The position numbers and the translations under genes were made by a program. 37,779 nucleotides of DNA from a virus (taxonomy: Duplodnaviria > Caudoviricetes): positions 1 through 37,779 of IMG/VR virus record IMGVR_UViG_3300020428_001595; one strand, given 5' to 3'. Positions 35,532 through 37,779 of this stretch are shown one piece after another; the stretch's first letter is position 1; each line of letters opens with the position of its first letter. The notes beneath the pieces are model-generated. The model was not told where the DNA came from and searched no databases. It was given only the letters and a program-made list of their open reading frames with translations.

Positions 35532-35907
35532 TGTCCTATTTCTTTTATTAATAGGATGTACACCTGTAGCGGCGCAAGATTTAGGTAAAGATCCACCGCC
35601 GTTTTCAGAAGAATTAGAAAAAAGTGAAGGAGAAATGCCACAGGTTGGCATATTTTATAATTTATGTATGCCATTGCAACTTTTTAGTGATACTATAAAA
35701 GCTGCAAAAGAAAAACTTATATTCACATCTCCTTCACAACAACATGGTCCGTATGCATTAGTAATGATATTCACAAATGAAACTAAAAACACATATACAA
35801 TTGCTTTACAAAATACTCAATTGCCAAATGTGCATCCTACAAAGGTGTGCTTATTAGCAAGTGGAAATGGATTTGAATTTATGATACCAATAGGAATACG
35901 AATTTGA
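35503..35907 (+). CDS. Hypothetical exported protein
   Basis: Signal-peptide-like N-terminus; two mature Cys; overlaps the endolysin end. Confidence 0.55.
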   Translation: MHHILKLTSSVLFLLLIGCTPVAAQDLGKDPPPFSEELEKSEGEMPQVGIFYNLCMPLQLFSDTIKAAKEKLIFTSPSQQHGPYALVMIFTNETKNTYTIALQNTQLPNVHPTKVCLLASGNGFEFMIPIGIRI

Positions 35908-36599
35908 AATTTCTTCATGAAAAAATAGACTTAGGTTATGATGATCTAAGTGCCGATACTAGTACGACAGGGAGAGTTTATGATACTCCAGATGGTAAAT
36001 ACCCGAGTGTTACAACCGTTCTTAAGATTCTTAGTGAGGACTCCATCGCCGCATGGCGAGCACGAGTCGGCGAAGATGAGGCGAACAAGATTAGCTATAG
36101 AGCTAGCAATCGCGGTACTGCTGTACATAATATTATCGAACGATATTTGAGTAATGAAGATTTAAATTTTAGTATGTTTCAACCTCACATTGTCCAATCT
36201 CTTAAAAATTTAAAACCAATTCTTGATAAAAGAATTTCAGTTATCTATGCGCTTGAAGCGCCATTATATAGCAAGTACTTAGGAGTTGCAGGAAGAGTTG
36301 ACTGTGTTGGAATGTTTGATGGTGTTCCATCAATTATAGATTTTAAAACCTCAGCTAAAAAGAAATATAAAAAATGGATTGAAAATTATTTTATTCAAGA
36401 ATCTGCATACGCAATCATGTGGGAAGAAAGAACAGGTATGCCTTGTCCTAACTTAGTCACAATTATGGATGTAGATAATGATGAACCTTTAGTCTTTATC
36501 GAACATCGTGATAATTGGACTAAAAAATTATTAAGAACAATAGAGCTTTATAAACAAAAACAGTTCTGGAACTTAACACAAAAACGAGGTGGAATGTGA
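35904..36599 (+). CDS. PD-(D/E)XK exonuclease (Cas4/RecB-like phage exonuclease)
   Basis: YPSVTTVL, RGTAVH, AGRVDC, IIDFKTS, QESAY. Confidence 0.9.
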   Translation: MKFLHEKIDLGYDDLSADTSTTGRVYDTPDGKYPSVTTVLKILSEDSIAAWRARVGEDEANKISYRASNRGTAVHNIIERYLSNEDLNFSMFQPHIVQSLKNLKPILDKRISVIYALEAPLYSKYLGVAGRVDCVGMFDGVPSIIDFKTSAKKKYKKWIENYFIQESAYAIMWEERTGMPCPNLVTIMDVDNDEPLVFIEHRDNWTKKLLRTIELYKQKQFWNLTQKRGGM

Positions 36600-37183
36600 A
36601 ACGTTTCGAAAAAATAATACTAACCGACTGTGATGGGGTGCTTCTTAATTGGGAGCAAGGATTTCACCATTGGATGATTCGTCATGGTTATGAAATGAAA
36701 GGTGATTGGGATCTCACTTATGATATTGCGGAGAAATATGGATTAAGTACAGAAAAGAAGAAACATCTGGTTAAGATGTTCAATGAAAATGCAGATATTG
36801 GTTACTTAGCACCATTAAGAGATGCTGTAAAATATGTTAAAAAAATACATGAAGAGTTAGGATTTACTTTTATAGCGATCACATCTTTAACTAAAAGCCA
36901 AAACGCACAAGACTTGCGTATATGGAATTTGCAAAATCTATTTGGCAAATATGTTTTTAGTAAGTTTCATTTTTTAGATACAGGATCTGATAAAGATGAC
37001 GTATTAAGCTTACCAATATATAAGGATAGTGGATATTTTTGGGTAGAAGATAAATGGCAAAATGCTGAGTGTGGAGAAAAATACGGATTGAATCCATGTC
37101 TTATTGCTCATGGTCATAATAAACATGTGACAAACTTTCCACGATATGAAAACTGGAGTGAAATTTACGAAGCACTAAAATGA
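36596..37183 (+). CDS. HAD-superfamily hydrolase (5' nucleotidase-like)
   Basis: DCDGVLLNW, ITSL, K, WVEDK. Confidence 0.85.
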   Translation: MKRFEKIILTDCDGVLLNWEQGFHHWMIRHGYEMKGDWDLTYDIAEKYGLSTEKKKHLVKMFNENADIGYLAPLRDAVKYVKKIHEELGFTFIAITSLTKSQNAQDLRIWNLQNLFGKYVFSKFHFLDTGSDKDDVLSLPIYKDSGYFWVEDKWQNAECGEKYGLNPCLIAHGHNKHVTNFPRYENWSEIYEALK

Positions 37184-37344
37184 TGTATCTTATTATGGCA
37201 CTAATGCTAACATGCTTAGTAATTAGTCTATTGATAGTGATGAGATTTACTTTATTAATTAGCAAAAACATTATGCACAATAAGTGCCACACCGATAACA
37301 TGAAAATAGAAGACCTTCACGGTCATACTGAGCCTCATATATAG
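37180..37344 (+). CDS. Small membrane protein, 54 aa
   Basis: ATGA overlap with the HAD gene stop; hydrophobic N-terminal half. Confidence 0.5.
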   Translation: MMYLIMALMLTCLVISLLIVMRFTLLISKNIMHNKCHTDNMKIEDLHGHTEPHI

Positions 37345-37352
37345 TATAAATA
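37345..37352 (+). promoter_or_regulatory. T4-type late promoter
   Basis: TATAAATA about 30 nt before ATG 37384. Confidence 0.65.
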
Positions 37353-37383
37353 GTATCATATCTTAAGCTCTTTAGAGGAAAAT

Positions 37384-37776
37384 ATGGTACAGAAAAAATT
37401 ACAGAAAAACAGTGAATTTGACAAATACGATATGGACGGCGATGGAGTGGTAACGGATGAGGAGTTGGATATGGAAAGAAGAATGCTGGAGTTGGATGAT
37501 CTCCGCAGCGATATGGAAAATGATGATAAAAGGCAGGATGCTCAAAGAAACATGGCATGGTTTGCTTTGTTTGGAATGTTACTTTATCCGGCGTCTATTA
37601 TTGGTACAGACATATGCGGTTTAACAACCGCTGCACAAGTCTTAAGCGATATTGCTCCAACTTATTTTGTTTCAGTTGCTGCAATTGTAGCCGCCTTTTA
37701 TGGAAAGGAAGCTTTTGTAAAAGTTAGCAATGGTAATGGAAAACATAGCGCAAGGACAAAAGAACCTAAAAAATGA
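37384..37776 (+). CDS. EF-hand-containing two-TM membrane protein
   Basis: DMDGDGVVTDEE canonical EF-hand loop; two hydrophobic helices. Confidence 0.7.
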   Translation: MVQKKLQKNSEFDKYDMDGDGVVTDEELDMERRMLELDDLRSDMENDDKRQDAQRNMAWFALFGMLLYPASIIGTDICGLTTAAQVLSDIAPTYFVSVAAIVAAFYGKEAFVKVSNGNGKHSARTKEPKK

Positions 37777-37779
37777 AAT

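Noticed and set aside
35904-36599. Cas4-like nuclease as evidence of a CRISPR system
   Set aside because: Common stand-alone exonuclease of T4-like phages; no array or other cas genes seen.
392-37558. All minus-strand ORFs in the track, and short + strand ORFs nested in other frames
   Set aside because: They are shadows of well-supported + strand genes, with no recognisable motifs or RBS; the window is uniformly + oriented.

Overview
A 37.8 kb, AT-rich, densely packed window with essentially all genes on the + strand. It comes from a large T4-like (Tevenvirinae-related) dsDNA phage, probably marine; core genes include uvsX, gp41 helicase, RNase H, dCMP deaminase, PhoH, ThyX and a class II RNR. 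A permuted two-piece tmRNA of the alphaproteobacterial type points to an alphaproteobacterial host. Four things stand out. (1) A cytosine-hypermodification locus (1-5040): dCMP hydroxymethylase, an alpha-glucosyltransferase homologue, UDP-glucose dehydrogenase, UDP-glucuronate 4-epimerase and a divergent C5-MTase. The transferase and the MTase end in clamp-binding-like tails, which suggests uronic-acid-decorated hmC DNA. (2) A phage-encoded two-piece tmRNA behind a late promoter, with a small ORF in its intervening segment. (3) A biosynthetic-cluster-like run (about 11970-17901): radical SAM, Asp/Asn-hydroxylase-like, GNAT-like, two TauD-fold enzymes (one with the HxA halogenase signature), KdsA and KdsB. 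(4) A late block (19681-25340) of proteins with T4 capsid-targeting-like N-termini, including nuclease-, ligase- and nucleotidyltransferase-like enzymes. All calls come from motif recognition by eye; no database searches were run.
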